From Polyangiales bacterium (GTDB lineage Bacteria > Myxococcota_A > Polyangia > Polyangiales > Ga0077539), in contig JBGARZ010000006.1 in assembly GCA_044229975.1 (NCBI GenBank), positions 224,001 to 288,000 on the forward strand: DNA of 64,000 nucleotides. Reading direction: 5' to 3'. A program made the position numbers and the translations under genes. Under the pieces are notes generated by a model. It ran no database searches, was not told the origin of the DNA, and worked only from the letters and a program-made list of their open reading frames with translations. This document shows, piece by piece, positions 1 through 9,339 of this stretch; the first letter of the stretch is position 1, and each line of letters starts with the position of its first letter.

Positions 1-582
1 GTTTTCGAGGATCTCGTACGAGAACTCCGTCATCGTGAAGATGGTCGCGTCGGGCTTGAACGTGACGATGGTGCCCGTCTTCGCAGTGTCGCCCACGACC
101 TTCAGCGGTGCCTTCGTGATGCCCGCCGCGAACTCAAGGTCGTGCACCTTGCCCTCGCGCCAGATCTCGAGCCGCAGCCACTCGCTGACGGCGTTGACCG
201 CGCTCACGCCGACGCCGTGCAGGCCCGACGACATCGCGTAGTTGTTGGCGCTCTTGAACTTCCCGCCCGCGTGCAGGCTGGTGAGGGCGAGCTCGGCCGC
301 GCTGATGCCGTGCTTGGTGTTGATGCCCGTCGGGATGCCGCGCCCGTTGTCGCCCACGCGCACCGAACCGTCAGCGTGGATGACCACGTCGATGTGGTTG
401 CACACCCCCGCGAAGTACTCGTCGATGGAGTTGTCCACGACCTCCCACACCAGGTGGTGCAACCCGGTGCCGTCGTGCACGTCGCCGATGTACATGCCGG
501 GCACCTCGCGCACCGCCTGGAGACCCTCCAGCTTGGTGATGCTGTCCGGCCCGTAATCCTGCCCCGTCGGTTCGATCGTCAT
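1..582 (-). CDS. gyrB: DNA gyrase subunit B, N-terminal part (runs off the window)
   Basis: Manual translation from ATG at 582: [55 protein letters not shown]... [21 protein letters not shown]. Lies downstream of recF. Confidence 0.97.
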   Translation of the reverse strand, partial: MTIEPTGQDYGPDSITKLEGLQAVREVPGMYIGDVHDGTGLHHLVWEVVDNSIDEYFAGVCNHIDVVIHADGSVRVGDNGRGIPTGINTKHGISAAELALTSLHAGGKFKSANNYAMSSGLHGVGVSAVNAVSEWLRLEIWREGKVHDLEFAAGITKAPLKVVGDTAKTGTIVTFKPDATIFTMTEFSYEILEN

Positions 583-659
583 GTCTTGGATTTCCTCGGA
601 AATTTCAGGTGTTTTCTGTACCAGAAACACCCCGAAAATTCAACGACAGATTATGTCCA

Positions 660-1751
660 TCACCGCTGCCCGGCGGACACGGTTCCGTCGGTCACCAGGA
701 AGCGCCGCGCGTCGGGCAGGAGGGACGCGATGGCGGGGTCGGTGGTGGTCACGAACACCTGCGCGCCGAGGGTCGCCACGAGCTTGAACAGACGTGCGGT
801 TCGCTCGCGGTCGAGCTCGCTCGACACGTCGTCGAGGAGCAGCACCGGGACGGCGCGGGTGCGGGCTTCGAGCACGTGCAGCTCGGCGAGGCGCAGCGCG
901 AGGGCGAGGGCGCGGGTCTGCCCCTGGCTGGCCACCACGCGGGCCGGGAGACCCGACCACGAGATGGCCAGGTCGTCGCCGTGCGGGCCGAGCGCGGTGC
1001 TGCGGCGGGCGAGGTCGCGCGGCATCCCCTCGACGAGGGCAGCGAGGAAGGCGATCTGGTCGGTGGTGGCGCGCGGCACGTAGCCGAGCTCGATGGCGTC
1101 GGGGCTGAGCGCGACCTCGTCGAGCGCCCTCCGCGCGGCCGGAACGAGGTCTTGCACCAGCGTGGTGCGAGCGCGGGTGAGGGCGCTGCCGTAGCGCGCG
1201 AGCGGGAGGTCGAAGGCCTGGATGGCCTTGGTGTTGGGGTGCCGCTCGCGGAGCAGCGCGTTGCGGGCGCGCAGGGCCTTGCCGTACGACTTGAGCGCCT
1301 CGCCGTACCCGTCGACGGTGCGCACCAGGATGCGGTCGAGGAGGCGGCGACGCAGCTCCGGGGCGCCCCGTATGAGGTCGAGGTCGCCGGGGTGGAACAC
1401 CACGCACGCGGCGCCCGAGAAGTAGTCCATGGCGCGCTCGGGTCGCTTGCCGTCGACGGTGATGTCGCGGGCGTTGCGGGCGAGCCGGGCGCGGTACTCC
1501 CTCGCGGGCAGCGGGCCGCCCACCTTGAGCATCACCTGGGCGAGCTTCACGTCGTGGCCGACGAGCTGCGTTCGCGTGGCGCCGCGGAAGGAGCGCAGCG
1601 AGGCGACGTAGTCGATGGCTTCGAGGACGGAGGTCTTGCCGTGGCCGTTGTCGCCGAGGAGCACGTTGCCCGTCGGCGCCGGCGAGAGCGTCACGCCGCA
1701 GAGGTTGCGAAACCCGTCGACGTTGAGCTCGGTGATGCGGAGCGGGGTCAG
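660..1751 (-). CDS. recF: DNA replication/repair protein RecF
   Basis: FRNL, Walker A GDNGHGKTS, GPHGDDL, SQGQ, LLLDDVSSELD. The conserved N-terminus extends upstream of the GTG at 1694, so the start is placed tentatively at CTG 1751. Confidence 0.95.
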   Translation of the reverse strand: MTPLRITELNVDGFRNLCGVTLSPAPTGNVLLGDNGHGKTSVLEAIDYVASLRSFRGATRTQLVGHDVKLAQVMLKVGGPLPAREYRARLARNARDITVDGKRPERAMDYFSGAACVVFHPGDLDLIRGAPELRRRLLDRILVRTVDGYGEALKSYGKALRARNALLRERHPNTKAIQAFDLPLARYGSALTRARTTLVQDLVPAARRALDEVALSPDAIELGYVPRATTDQIAFLAALVEGMPRDLARRSTALGPHGDDLAISWSGLPARVVASQGQTRALALALRLAELHVLEARTRAVPVLLLDDVSSELDRERTARLFKLVATLGAQVFVTTTDPAIASLLPDARRFLVTDGTVSAGQR

Positions 1752-1754
1752 ATC

Positions 1755-2888
1755 TCAGATCCGCATCGGCATGATGACGCCGAGGTAGTCGTCGCGGCCG
1801 ACGGGCTTGATCATCCCGGGGTCGAGCTCGCCCGACAGCTCCAGCGCGACCTCTTCGGAGGTGAGCGCGCTCAGGGCGTCGGTGAGGTACTTGCTGTTGA
1901 AGCCGATGGTCACGTCGGGGCCCTGGAGCGACGCGTCGATCTCGTCGCTGCCGGCGCCGATCTCGGGGTTTTCGCTCGTGATGAGCATGCGCGACGAGTT
2001 GACCTGGAGCTTCACGCCGCTGGTGCGATCGGAGGCCACGAGGGACACCGCGCGCAGGGCGTCGAGGAGGGCGGTGCGCGATGCTGTCACGGTGCGATCC
2101 GTCGCCGACGGAATGACCTGCTCGTAGGACGGGAAGGCCGCGTCGACGAGCTTCGACGAGAGGGTCATCCCGTCGCGCTGGAAGAACACCGGGCCCTGCG
2201 AGCTGACGGCGCCGATGCCCACGGTGAGCGGGCCCGAGTTGCCTTCCTTCTTCTCGGCGCGCAGCTCGTCGACCATGCGCTTGAGCTCGTGCACGGCCTT
2301 GGCGGGGATGAGCAGCTTGCTGCTGCCCTTCATGCCGTCGATCTTGCGTTCGGCCTTCGAGAGCCGGTGGCCGTCGGTGGTGACCACGCGCAGGACGTCA
2401 CCCGCCAGCTCGAAGAGCGCGGCCGAGAGGTGCGGCCGGGTGTCGTCCGCGGACATCGAGAACTGCGTGAGCGCGATGAGCTCGGCGACGTCGTCGGCGG
2501 GCACCTGGGTGAGCGTGACCTTGGTCGCGTCGGGCAGCGTGGGGAAGTCCTCGCCGGGCATGCCCGAGAGGTCGAAGCGGCGCTTGCCGGACTTGATGCG
2601 GGCGGAGAAGTTCTTCTCCACGGTGACGGTCACGTCGCCGTCGGGGAGCACCTTCACGACGTCGAAGACGTGCCGCGCGGGGAGCGCCACGGTGCCGCCC
2701 TTGCGAACGTCGACCTTGCAGTGGGCCGTCACCGCCAGGGTGAGGTCGGTGGCCGCGAGGCGCAGGCCCGACCCGTCGGCCACGATGAGCACGTTGCTCA
2801 AGATGGGCATCGCCGACTTCTTGTCGGCCACGCTCTGCACCCGGCTGAGGGCCTTCACGAACTCCCGCTTGTTGACCACGAACTCCAT
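1755..2888 (-). CDS. dnaN: DNA polymerase III beta sliding clamp
   Basis: 377 aa; PILSNVL, ATDL, TTDGHRL, C-terminal IMPMRI; lies between dnaA and recF. Confidence 0.98.
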   Translation of the reverse strand: MEFVVNKREFVKALSRVQSVADKKSAMPILSNVLIVADGSGLRLAATDLTLAVTAHCKVDVRKGGTVALPARHVFDVVKVLPDGDVTVTVEKNFSARIKSGKRRFDLSGMPGEDFPTLPDATKVTLTQVPADDVAELIALTQFSMSADDTRPHLSAALFELAGDVLRVVTTDGHRLSKAERKIDGMKGSSKLLIPAKAVHELKRMVDELRAEKKEGNSGPLTVGIGAVSSQGPVFFQRDGMTLSSKLVDAAFPSYEQVIPSATDRTVTASRTALLDALRAVSLVASDRTSGVKLQVNSSRMLITSENPEIGAGSDEIDASLQGPDVTIGFNSKYLTDALSALTSEEVALELSGELDPGMIKPVGRDDYLGVIMPMRI

Positions 2889-2939
2889 CGCTCACTCTGT
2901 CCTTCGGTCGGGCTCTGCGTCCCGTCCCGGGTGCTTCGG

Positions 2940-3180
2940 TCTGTCTTCTCTAATCAGAGAGAATTTAATTCTTAAAGAACAGTAGTAGTCATGAGTCCTG
3001 TGGAGACAGTGGAAAACACCGTTTCTACCGTCTCCGCCGCGCTCTCGGCTGGGGAGAGTCGCCGGGGCCCCTCCTGTGGAAGCGCCGGGGACAATCCGCA
3101 CCCTACGCCATCCACAGCTTCATCCACAGGAACCGTCACCAGGGATTCGCCCGGTGCTGCCCACAGGGTTTTCCCCAGCG
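2940..3180. promoter_or_regulatory. oriC, dnaA-dnaN half: AT-rich unwinding element, DnaA-trio-like repeats and DnaA boxes
   Basis: AT-rich GAATTTAATTCTTAAAGAAC, then AGTAGTAG (2981-2988), then several degenerate DnaA boxes (TGTGGAGAC, TGTGGAAGC, CCATCCACA, TCATCCACA, CTGCCCACA). Confidence 0.85.
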
Positions 3181-3230
3181 GGGTGTTTCGGGCCGCGGTA
3201 TGCCACCGGGCGGGGGTCAGCGTCCACCCT

Positions 3231-4736
3231 TCAGCCCTCCGCCCCGACCGCCACGTCCAGCACCGGCGCGGCGAAGCCCAGCTTCAGCGAGATGGCCTCC
3301 AGGGCCGCCGCCACCTCGGGGTCTTCCTTCCGGAGCTGGGCCACCTTCTTCACCGACGACATGACGGTGGTGTGGTCCTTCCCGTTGAAGCGGTGCCCGA
3401 TCTGCGGAAACGACGTCCCCAGGTGCGTACGCGCCAGGTACATCGCCACCTGCCGGGGGAGCGCCACCTCGCGGTGACGGTCCTTCCCCACGAGCTGCGC
3501 CAGCTTGATGCGGTAGTGCTCGCACACCGCCCGCTGCACGTCCTCGACGGTGGTCACCGCGGGCTTCGACCCGATGCGCAGGGTCTCCCGCGCCAGGGTC
3601 GAGTCGATGACCCCCGTGCGGCCCCCGAGGCTCGCGCGAATCGACAGCTTCATCAGCATGCCTTCGAGCTCGCGCACGTTGGATCCCGCGCTCGCGATGA
3701 GCGCCGCCGTCTCGTCGTCGAGGCGCACCCCGTCCTGCTCGGCCTTCTTCCGCAGGATCGCGATGCGCGTCTCCAGCTCCGGCGGATACACCTCCGCGAC
3801 GAGCCCGCTCGCGAAGCGCGAGAGCAGGCGCTCGGCCATGCCGTGGAGGTTCTGCGGCAGCACGTCGCTCGTCAGGACGATGGGGATGTCCTTCTGGTAG
3901 AGCGCGTTGAAGGTGTGGAAGAACTCCTCCTGGGTGCCTTCGCGGCCCGCGAGAAACTGCACGTCGTCGATGAGCAGCCCGTCGCACTCGTTGCGGTAGC
4001 GCGCGCGAAACTCCTCCATGCGCTTCTGCTGGATGGAGGCCACGTACTCGTTGGTGAAGGTCTCCGCGCTCACGTAGACGATCTTCGCGCCGGGCTTCTG
4101 CTCCAGGATGCGGTGCCCGATCGCGTTGGAGAGGTGGGTCTTGCCGAGGCCCGTGCCCCCGCAGAGGAAGAGCACGTTGACGCGCCGGCCCGCGAGGTTG
4201 GACATGGCCTGGGCCATGGCGTGGGCGACGTTGTTGGACGGCCCCATCACGAAGGTGTCGAAGGTGTACTTGGGCGACAGCCCGCACGCGGCCGACCCGC
4301 TCGCCGAGCCCGGGTTGTGGACAGGAGCGGGAGCCTTCGTCGACACCGGCGGCGCGAGCGCACGCGACGGCGCGGCGGGCGTCACGCTGACAGGCGCGGG
4401 CGCGGGTGACGGACGCGACACCGGGGCGGGCGCGGGACGCGCCGCGGGGCGAGGAACAGGCGGCGGCGGCGGACGGACCGCGGTCTTCGGGCTGGCCGAC
4501 CAGTGCACCGACCACGGCTGGCCGGTGAGGTAGCGCAGGGTCTCCTCGATGACCGGGACGTAGCCCTTGGTCACCCACTCGCGGGTGAAGTCGTTGGGCG
4601 CGCGCAGGAGCAGCGCCCCGTCGGCGGCGTCGAGCGGCTCCAGCGGTCGCAGGAGCTTGTCGATCATCTGCTCGCCCACGCGCCCGCGGAGGGCTTCGAG
4701 CACCTTGTCCCAGAGCGTCCTGGCTTCGTCACCCAC
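3231..4736 (-). CDS. dnaA: Chromosomal replication initiator DnaA
   Basis: KYTFDTFV, GGTGLGKTHL, LLIDDVQF, TQEEFFHTFN, NVRELEG, KDHTTV. Start set at GTG 4736 because the longer ORF runs into the DnaA-box cluster. Confidence 0.98.
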   Translation of the reverse strand: MGDEARTLWDKVLEALRGRVGEQMIDKLLRPLEPLDAADGALLLRAPNDFTREWVTKGYVPVIEETLRYLTGQPWSVHWSASPKTAVRPPPPPVPRPAARPAPAPVSRPSPAPAPVSVTPAAPSRALAPPVSTKAPAPVHNPGSASGSAACGLSPKYTFDTFVMGPSNNVAHAMAQAMSNLAGRRVNVLFLCGGTGLGKTHLSNAIGHRILEQKPGAKIVYVSAETFTNEYVASIQQKRMEEFRARYRNECDGLLIDDVQFLAGREGTQEEFFHTFNALYQKDIPIVLTSDVLPQNLHGMAERLLSRFASGLVAEVYPPELETRIAILRKKAEQDGVRLDDETAALIASAGSNVRELEGMLMKLSIRASLGGRTGVIDSTLARETLRIGSKPAVTTVEDVQRAVCEHYRIKLAQLVGKDRHREVALPRQVAMYLARTHLGTSFPQIGHRFNGKDHTTVMSSVKKVAQLRKEDPEVAAALEAISLKLGFAAPVLDVAVGAEG

Positions 4737-4744
4737 GGCGGTAC

Positions 4745-4905
4745 AACACCCTGTCCACAACGTTTTCCACAGCCCCAGGCCACAGCTCACCCGGAGGACG
4801 CTGAGCATCGCGGATGATCGCTGTGGGCGCGAGAAATCGACGACGACGCCCCTCGGGGTGAGAGGGGTTATCCACAGGGTGTGACGGGGGCTGTGGAAAA
4901 CCCGC
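4745..4905. promoter_or_regulatory. DnaA-box cluster upstream of dnaA (second oriC half or autoregulatory site)
   Basis: Perfect TTATCCACA 4868-4876, TTTTCCACA 4763-4771, CTGTCCACA 4751-4759, TGTGGAAAA 4892-4900. Confidence 0.85.
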
Positions 4906-4949
4906 CGGGAAGTAGACAGGGTCGGCGGGGCGTTCTATCCGCGGCATCC

Positions 4950-5855
4950 ATGGAGCTCACCGTCCTCTCCCGAACGCTCTGCTGCGCCGTGGCCCTGGCG
5001 TTGGTCCCGTCCGTGGCCTCGGGGCAGGTGCAGACCGCGCCAGAGATGCCCGTCACGGCGCGCACCATGGCTCTCGGTGGAGGCACGCACGCCATCGCGC
5101 AGAGCACCTCGGCGCTCTACGTCAACCCCGCGGCCATGGGGATGTCGCGCGTCTACCACGTCGACACCTCGGTGCTGTGGGACCCGTCGACCGATCGCTG
5201 GGGGTTCGGCGGCGCGGTGGTCGACTCGACGCGCCGGGTGGGCGCCGGGCTCGCGTACCACTACTCGCTGCTCGACGGCGACACGCGCAACCACGACTTC
5301 CGCATCGGGCTGTCCGCGTCCATCACCGACGGCGTGAGCCTCGGCGTCACCGGCCGGTACATGGACTACGTGGGCGTCCCCTCGACGCTGAACGCCAACA
5401 ACGTCCGCATCCGGGGCACCGAGTACTCGGGCTTCACGGTGGACGTGGGCCTCGCGCTCAAGCCGTTTCCGTGGCTGGTGCTGGGCGTCACGGGCTACTC
5501 GCTGAGCAACCCCGACACGGCCCTGTCGCCGCTCTCCATCGGCGGCGGCATCGGCGTCGTCCCGACCGACACGCTGCACATCGTGGCCGACACGGTGTGG
5601 GACCTGACGTCCTTCGCCGACGGTCCGCGCGCGCGCTGGTCGGGCGGCGTGGAGTTTCTGGCGGGCCGGGTTCCGCTGCGCGTCGGCTACACCTACGACG
5701 ACGTGCGGCTGATCAACCCGGTGCACCTCGTCACGGCGGGCCTCGGGTACATCGACCAGATGTTCGCGGCGGAGCTGTCGATGCGGCAGGAGGTCTCCGG
5801 GGGCTCGCAGACGACGCTGCTGCTCAACCTCCGCTACTTCCACCGCATTCTGTAG
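4950..5855 (+). CDS. Outer-membrane beta-barrel protein (FadL/PorV-like)
   Basis: Signal peptide, ARTMALGG...ALYVNPAAM motif typical of the FadL/PorV fold, amphipathic beta strands, aromatic C-terminus (LRYF). Confidence 0.65.
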   Translation: MELTVLSRTLCCAVALALVPSVASGQVQTAPEMPVTARTMALGGGTHAIAQSTSALYVNPAAMGMSRVYHVDTSVLWDPSTDRWGFGGAVVDSTRRVGAGLAYHYSLLDGDTRNHDFRIGLSASITDGVSLGVTGRYMDYVGVPSTLNANNVRIRGTEYSGFTVDVGLALKPFPWLVLGVTGYSLSNPDTALSPLSIGGGIGVVPTDTLHIVADTVWDLTSFADGPRARWSGGVEFLAGRVPLRVGYTYDDVRLINPVHLVTAGLGYIDQMFAAELSMRQEVSGGSQTTLLLNLRYFHRIL

Positions 5856-5895
5856 TCGTCCGCGAGAGCGCCTGAAGCGCGCGGTTGGATAAGAA

Positions 5896-6020
5896 GCCGC
5901 AAGGGCGCGAGGGTCGCAAGGGAAAGACGGGATCGGGCGGTGTATTGAGGTCGAGCCGCACCACCTGACCCTGAATCCCTCTCACCTTCTGATCCCTTGC
6001 GACCCCTGCGCCCTTGCGGC
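5896..6020. repeat. REP-like inverted doublet between convergent genes
   Basis: GCCGCAAGGGCGCGAGGGTCGCAAGGGA (5896-5923) and near reverse complement TCCCTTGCGACCCCTGCGCCCTTGCGGC (5993-6020). A third copy is at 48757-48783. Confidence 0.8.
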
Positions 6021-6034
6021 CAATTTTCTGGTCG

Positions 6035-7021
6035 CTACCAACGCAGAACGATCTTCCCCACGGTCTCGTCGCGCGCCATCCGCTGATGCGCCTCCCGAAC
6101 CTCCGTCATCGGCAACACGGCATCGACCACCGGCCGCAGCGCCCCTCGCGCGAAGCCCGGTAGCACCGCCCGCGTGAACCCACGCGCCAGCGCGATCTTC
6201 TCCTCCAGCGCCCGGCTTCGCAGCACCGTTCCCTTGATGGTCACCCGTCGCGAGAGCGCGAGCCCCAATGGCAGCGTCGCCGTGCCGCCGCCCACCGTCG
6301 CGAGCAGCACCACCCGCGCGCCCACCGCCACGCACCGCAGGCTCTCCGCCACGTAGTCCCCACCCACCAGGTCGATCACCACCGTCGCGCCCGCTCCGCC
6401 CGTGAGCGCCGTCACCGCGTCGGCGAAGCGCCCGTCCTTCGCGACCACCGACTCCTCCAGACCCCACTCGCGGCACCGCGCCAGCTTCGCTTCGTTGCGA
6501 CCCGTCCCGATCACCCGGGCGCCCATCAGCCGCGCGATCTGCGTCGCGGCCGTCCCCACGCCGCTCGCCGCCGCGTGCACGAGCACCACGTCGCCCATCC
6601 CCGCGCCCGCTTGCACCAGCGCATCCCACGCCGTCGCGAATGCCTCTGGGATGCTCGCCGCGTCCGTCAACGCCATCCCCTCCGGAACCACCATCAGCTC
6701 GCGGTGGTGCACCACCAGCGCCTCGGCCATCGCGCCGCCGCCGACGAGCCCCATCACGCGATCGCCCACCGCGACGCCCCGCACCTCCGCGCCCAACGCC
6801 TCGACCACGCCCGCGTACTCCAACCCCGGAACATCCGGCAGCACCCCGGGCGGCGCCGGATACACCCCCGCGCGTTGCATCAGGTCGGCGCGGTTGAGCC
6901 CCGCCGCCTCGACCCGCACCCGCACCTCGCCGGGGCCCGGGTCGCGCAGCGACACCTTGCCGAGCTCCAGCACGTCGACATCCCCAGGCTCACGAATACG
7001 CACGGCGCGAACGGTCGTCAT
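6035..7021 (-). CDS. NAD(P)H-quinone oxidoreductase, PIG3/MDR family
   Basis: GLNRADLMQRAGVYP, PGLEYAG, VHAAASGVGTAA, C-terminal GKIVL. Confidence 0.93.
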   Translation of the reverse strand: MTTVRAVRIREPGDVDVLELGKVSLRDPGPGEVRVRVEAAGLNRADLMQRAGVYPAPPGVLPDVPGLEYAGVVEALGAEVRGVAVGDRVMGLVGGGAMAEALVVHHRELMVVPEGMALTDAASIPEAFATAWDALVQAGAGMGDVVLVHAAASGVGTAATQIARLMGARVIGTGRNEAKLARCREWGLEESVVAKDGRFADAVTALTGGAGATVVIDLVGGDYVAESLRCVAVGARVVLLATVGGGTATLPLGLALSRRVTIKGTVLRSRALEEKIALARGFTRAVLPGFARGALRPVVDAVLPMTEVREAHQRMARDETVGKIVLRW

Positions 7022-7064
7022 GCCGACGAGTCAATCACCGCGGACGGCGTGGTCGCAACGGCGG

Positions 7065-7868
7065 TCAGCGCAGACCGAAGAGCGCCCGCGCGTTGGCCGT
7101 GGTGACCGCGGCGACGTGCTCGACGGACTGCGCGCGAAACGCCGCGACGGAGCGGACGATGACCGGGAGGTCGCCGGGTTCGCAGCGCCGGTCGGAGCGA
7201 TCGACGCCGGTGGGGAGCTGGTCGGGCGCGTCGGTCTCGACGAGCAGCCGGTTGTCGGGGACGGCCTTCACGCTGTCGACGGGCGCGCGGGCGCGGGGCC
7301 GGGTGACGGCGCCGCCGAAGGAGAGGTGAAACCCGAGCGCCGTCCACGCGCGCACCAGCTCGGGGCCGCCCGAGTAGCTGTGCACCATGCCCGGCCGCGA
7401 CGGCAGCGCGACGGTCTTGAGCAGCGCGAGCGCCAGCGCGTGCGAGCGCACCACGTGGAGGATCAGCGGCAGGTCGAGCTCGGCCGCCACCGCGACCTGG
7501 GCCATGAATACGTGACGTTGTAAGAGCGGGTCGACGCCGGCCGGGTCGAGGGACGCGTCGAGGCCGCACTCGCCGATGGCGACGACCCGGTCGCGGTGCG
7601 CGCGCACGGTGGCGGCGAGGTCGCCGAGGGCGCGGTCGAGGGCGGTGCGGGAGAGCGTGAGCAGCGCCTGCGGGTGGACGCCGAGGGCGATGGAGCGCTC
7701 GCCCGGGAGGGCGCAGTCGAGGGTGGCGCGCCAGGTGTCGGGGCGTATCGCGGGGACGATCGCGCGGGTGACGCCCTGCTCGCGGGCGCGCGCCCAGACG
7801 GCCTCGCGGTCGCTGGCGAACGTGGGGAGGTCGAGGTGGCAGTGCGCGTCGACGAGGTCGGCGCTCAC
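7065..7868 (-). CDS. tatD: TatD family metal-dependent hydrolase/DNase
   Basis: DAHCHLD, LGVHP, AIGECGLD, HSYSG, LVETDAP. Confidence 0.92.
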   Translation of the reverse strand: MSADLVDAHCHLDLPTFASDREAVWARAREQGVTRAIVPAIRPDTWRATLDCALPGERSIALGVHPQALLTLSRTALDRALGDLAATVRAHRDRVVAIGECGLDASLDPAGVDPLLQRHVFMAQVAVAAELDLPLILHVVRSHALALALLKTVALPSRPGMVHSYSGGPELVRAWTALGFHLSFGGAVTRPRARAPVDSVKAVPDNRLLVETDAPDQLPTGVDRSDRRCEPGDLPVIVRSVAAFRAQSVEHVAAVTTANARALFGLR

Positions 7869-8134
7869 GAGGGCGCCGCGCCGGTCGCGACGGCGCGAGC
7901 GAAGGCTTCGCGCACGGCGACGGTGGCGCTCACGAGGCGGCCGCGCACCACGAAGGCGTCGCCGTCCTTGTGTGAACCGGCGACCTTGAGCGTGAACGTG
8001 TGCGCGTCATCGAGGGTGCCCTGCGCGGGCGCCCCGGGCGGAAACGGCCGCGTCGAGCGAACCGTCACCAGCAGCGCATCCGCCGTGAGCACCGCGCCCT
8101 CGCCCTGTCCCGACCAACGAACCTGTCCGCTCAA
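7865..8134 (-). CDS. Hypothetical protein (~89 aa)
   Basis: TTG start overlaps the smpB stop and its own stop overlaps the tatD start; typical codon bias. Confidence 0.6.
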   Translation of the reverse strand: MSGQVRWSGQGEGAVLTADALLVTVRSTRPFPPGAPAQGTLDDAHTFTLKVAGSHKDGDAFVVRGRLVSATVAVREAFARAVATGAAPS

Positions 8135-8607
8135 CGGTGCCTCTGCTTCATGGCCGCGCGGGCCTCCCGATCGCCCTCGCGCTCCTTGATCTCCTGCCGC
8201 CGGTCGGCGTGGTTCTTCGCGTGCGCGAGGCCGAGCTCGACCTTCACCTTGCTGCCCTTGAAGTAGGCCCGCAGCGCGATGAGCGTGTAGCCCTTCTGCG
8301 ACACCTTGCCGTCGATGCGGTCGATCTCCGTGCGGTGCGCCAGCAGCCGACGCTCGCGCTTCTCCGGGACGCGCGCCGTGCTCGTGAAGGCGTACGGCGG
8401 GATGTACGCGTTGACGAGCGTGAGCTGCCCGTTGAGCACCATCGCGTAGGTGTCGTTGAGCTCCATGCGACCCGAGCGGAGGCTCTTCACCTCCGAGCCG
8501 GTGAGCACCACCCCCACCTCGATGCGCTCGTCGACGGTGTACTTCATCGCGGCGCGGCGGTTCTCCGAGATGATCTTGATGTCCCCGTCGGGGCGCGCGG
8601 CGGCCAT
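8131..8607 (-). CDS. smpB: SsrA-binding protein SmpB
   Basis: ENRRA, GVVLTGSEVKSLR, RERRLLAHRTEI, GYTLIAL, DRRQEIKER. Confidence 0.96.
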   Translation of the reverse strand: MAAARPDGDIKIISENRRAAMKYTVDERIEVGVVLTGSEVKSLRSGRMELNDTYAMVLNGQLTLVNAYIPPYAFTSTARVPEKRERRLLAHRTEIDRIDGKVSQKGYTLIALRAYFKGSKVKVELGLAHAKNHADRRQEIKEREGDREARAAMKQRHR

Positions 8608-8673
8608 GGCGACCCACCGTGTAGCACGCCCCCGCGCGCAACGTCCGCTCCATGACAGCCCGACAACGGCCCC

Positions 8674-9339
8674 ATGCGCACCAACCCCCTCCGCCTGGTG
8701 TCGGCCCGCCTCGTGGCCCTCACCGATCTCTTCGCCCCGCGCGCCTGCGTCTCGTGCAGCGCGCCCGTCGCCGACGCACCTCTCTGCGACGTCTGCGTCG
8801 TCTCCCTCCTCGACGCGCCCGACCCACCACCCGGCGTCCTCGTCGCCCACGAGCACGGCGGCGCCCTCGCCCGCGCCGTCTACCGCGCCAAGTACGACGG
8901 CGACCCCACCCGCGCCTCCCGCCTCGGCGCGCTGCTCGTCCCGCTCACCCACGCCATCGCGCGGCCGGTCGCGTGCGTCATCCCCGTCCCGCTGCACCCG
9001 CGTCGTCTCCGCGAGCGCGGGTACAACCAGTCCATGGAGCTGGCCCGACCCGTCGCCCGCGCCCTCGCCTGCCCGCTGCGCGCCGAAGGTCTGTTGCGCG
9101 TGCGAGACACCCCGACGCAGACCACCCTCGCGCGGGCCGAGCGCGCCGCCAACGTGGCCGACGCCTTCCGCGCCAGCCGCACGATCTCGCTCACCGGTTC
9201 ACACGTCGTGATCGTCGACGACGTGGTGACCACCGGCGCCACCCTCCGCGCCGCGATGGCCGCCGCTCAGGCCGCGGGCGCCACGTCGGTCACCGGGATC
9301 GCCCTGACCCGGATGCCCCGTCGGGACGCCGCGGGTTGA
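8674..9339 (+). CDS. comF: ComF family phosphoribosyltransferase-like protein
   Basis: N-terminal CxxC..CxxC, PVPLHPRRLRERGYNQ, VDDVVTTGATL. Confidence 0.92.
   Translation: MRTNPLRLVSARLVALTDLFAPRACVSCSAPVADAPLCDVCVVSLLDAPDPPPGVLVAHEHGGALARAVYRAKYDGDPTRASRLGALLVPLTHAIARPVACVIPVPLHPRRLRERGYNQSMELARPVARALACPLRAEGLLRVRDTPTQTTLARAERAANVADAFRASRTISLTGSHVVIVDDVVTTGATLRAAMAAAQAAGATSVTGIALTRMPRRDAAG

Noticed and set aside
1755..1757. dnaN TGA as a selenocysteine codon
   Set aside because: DnaN ends at its normal C-terminus (MPMRI) and no SECIS-like hairpin follows.
609..2975. Long antisense or alternate-frame ORFs (e.g. 609-2975, 9440-12274, 22868-25495, 24175-27243)
   Set aside because: Shadows of real genes in very high-GC DNA; Arg/Gly/Ala-rich with no recognisable motifs.
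4737..4808. N-terminal extension of DnaA in the ORF track
   Set aside because: It overlaps the DnaA-box cluster; domain I similarity begins near GTG 4736.
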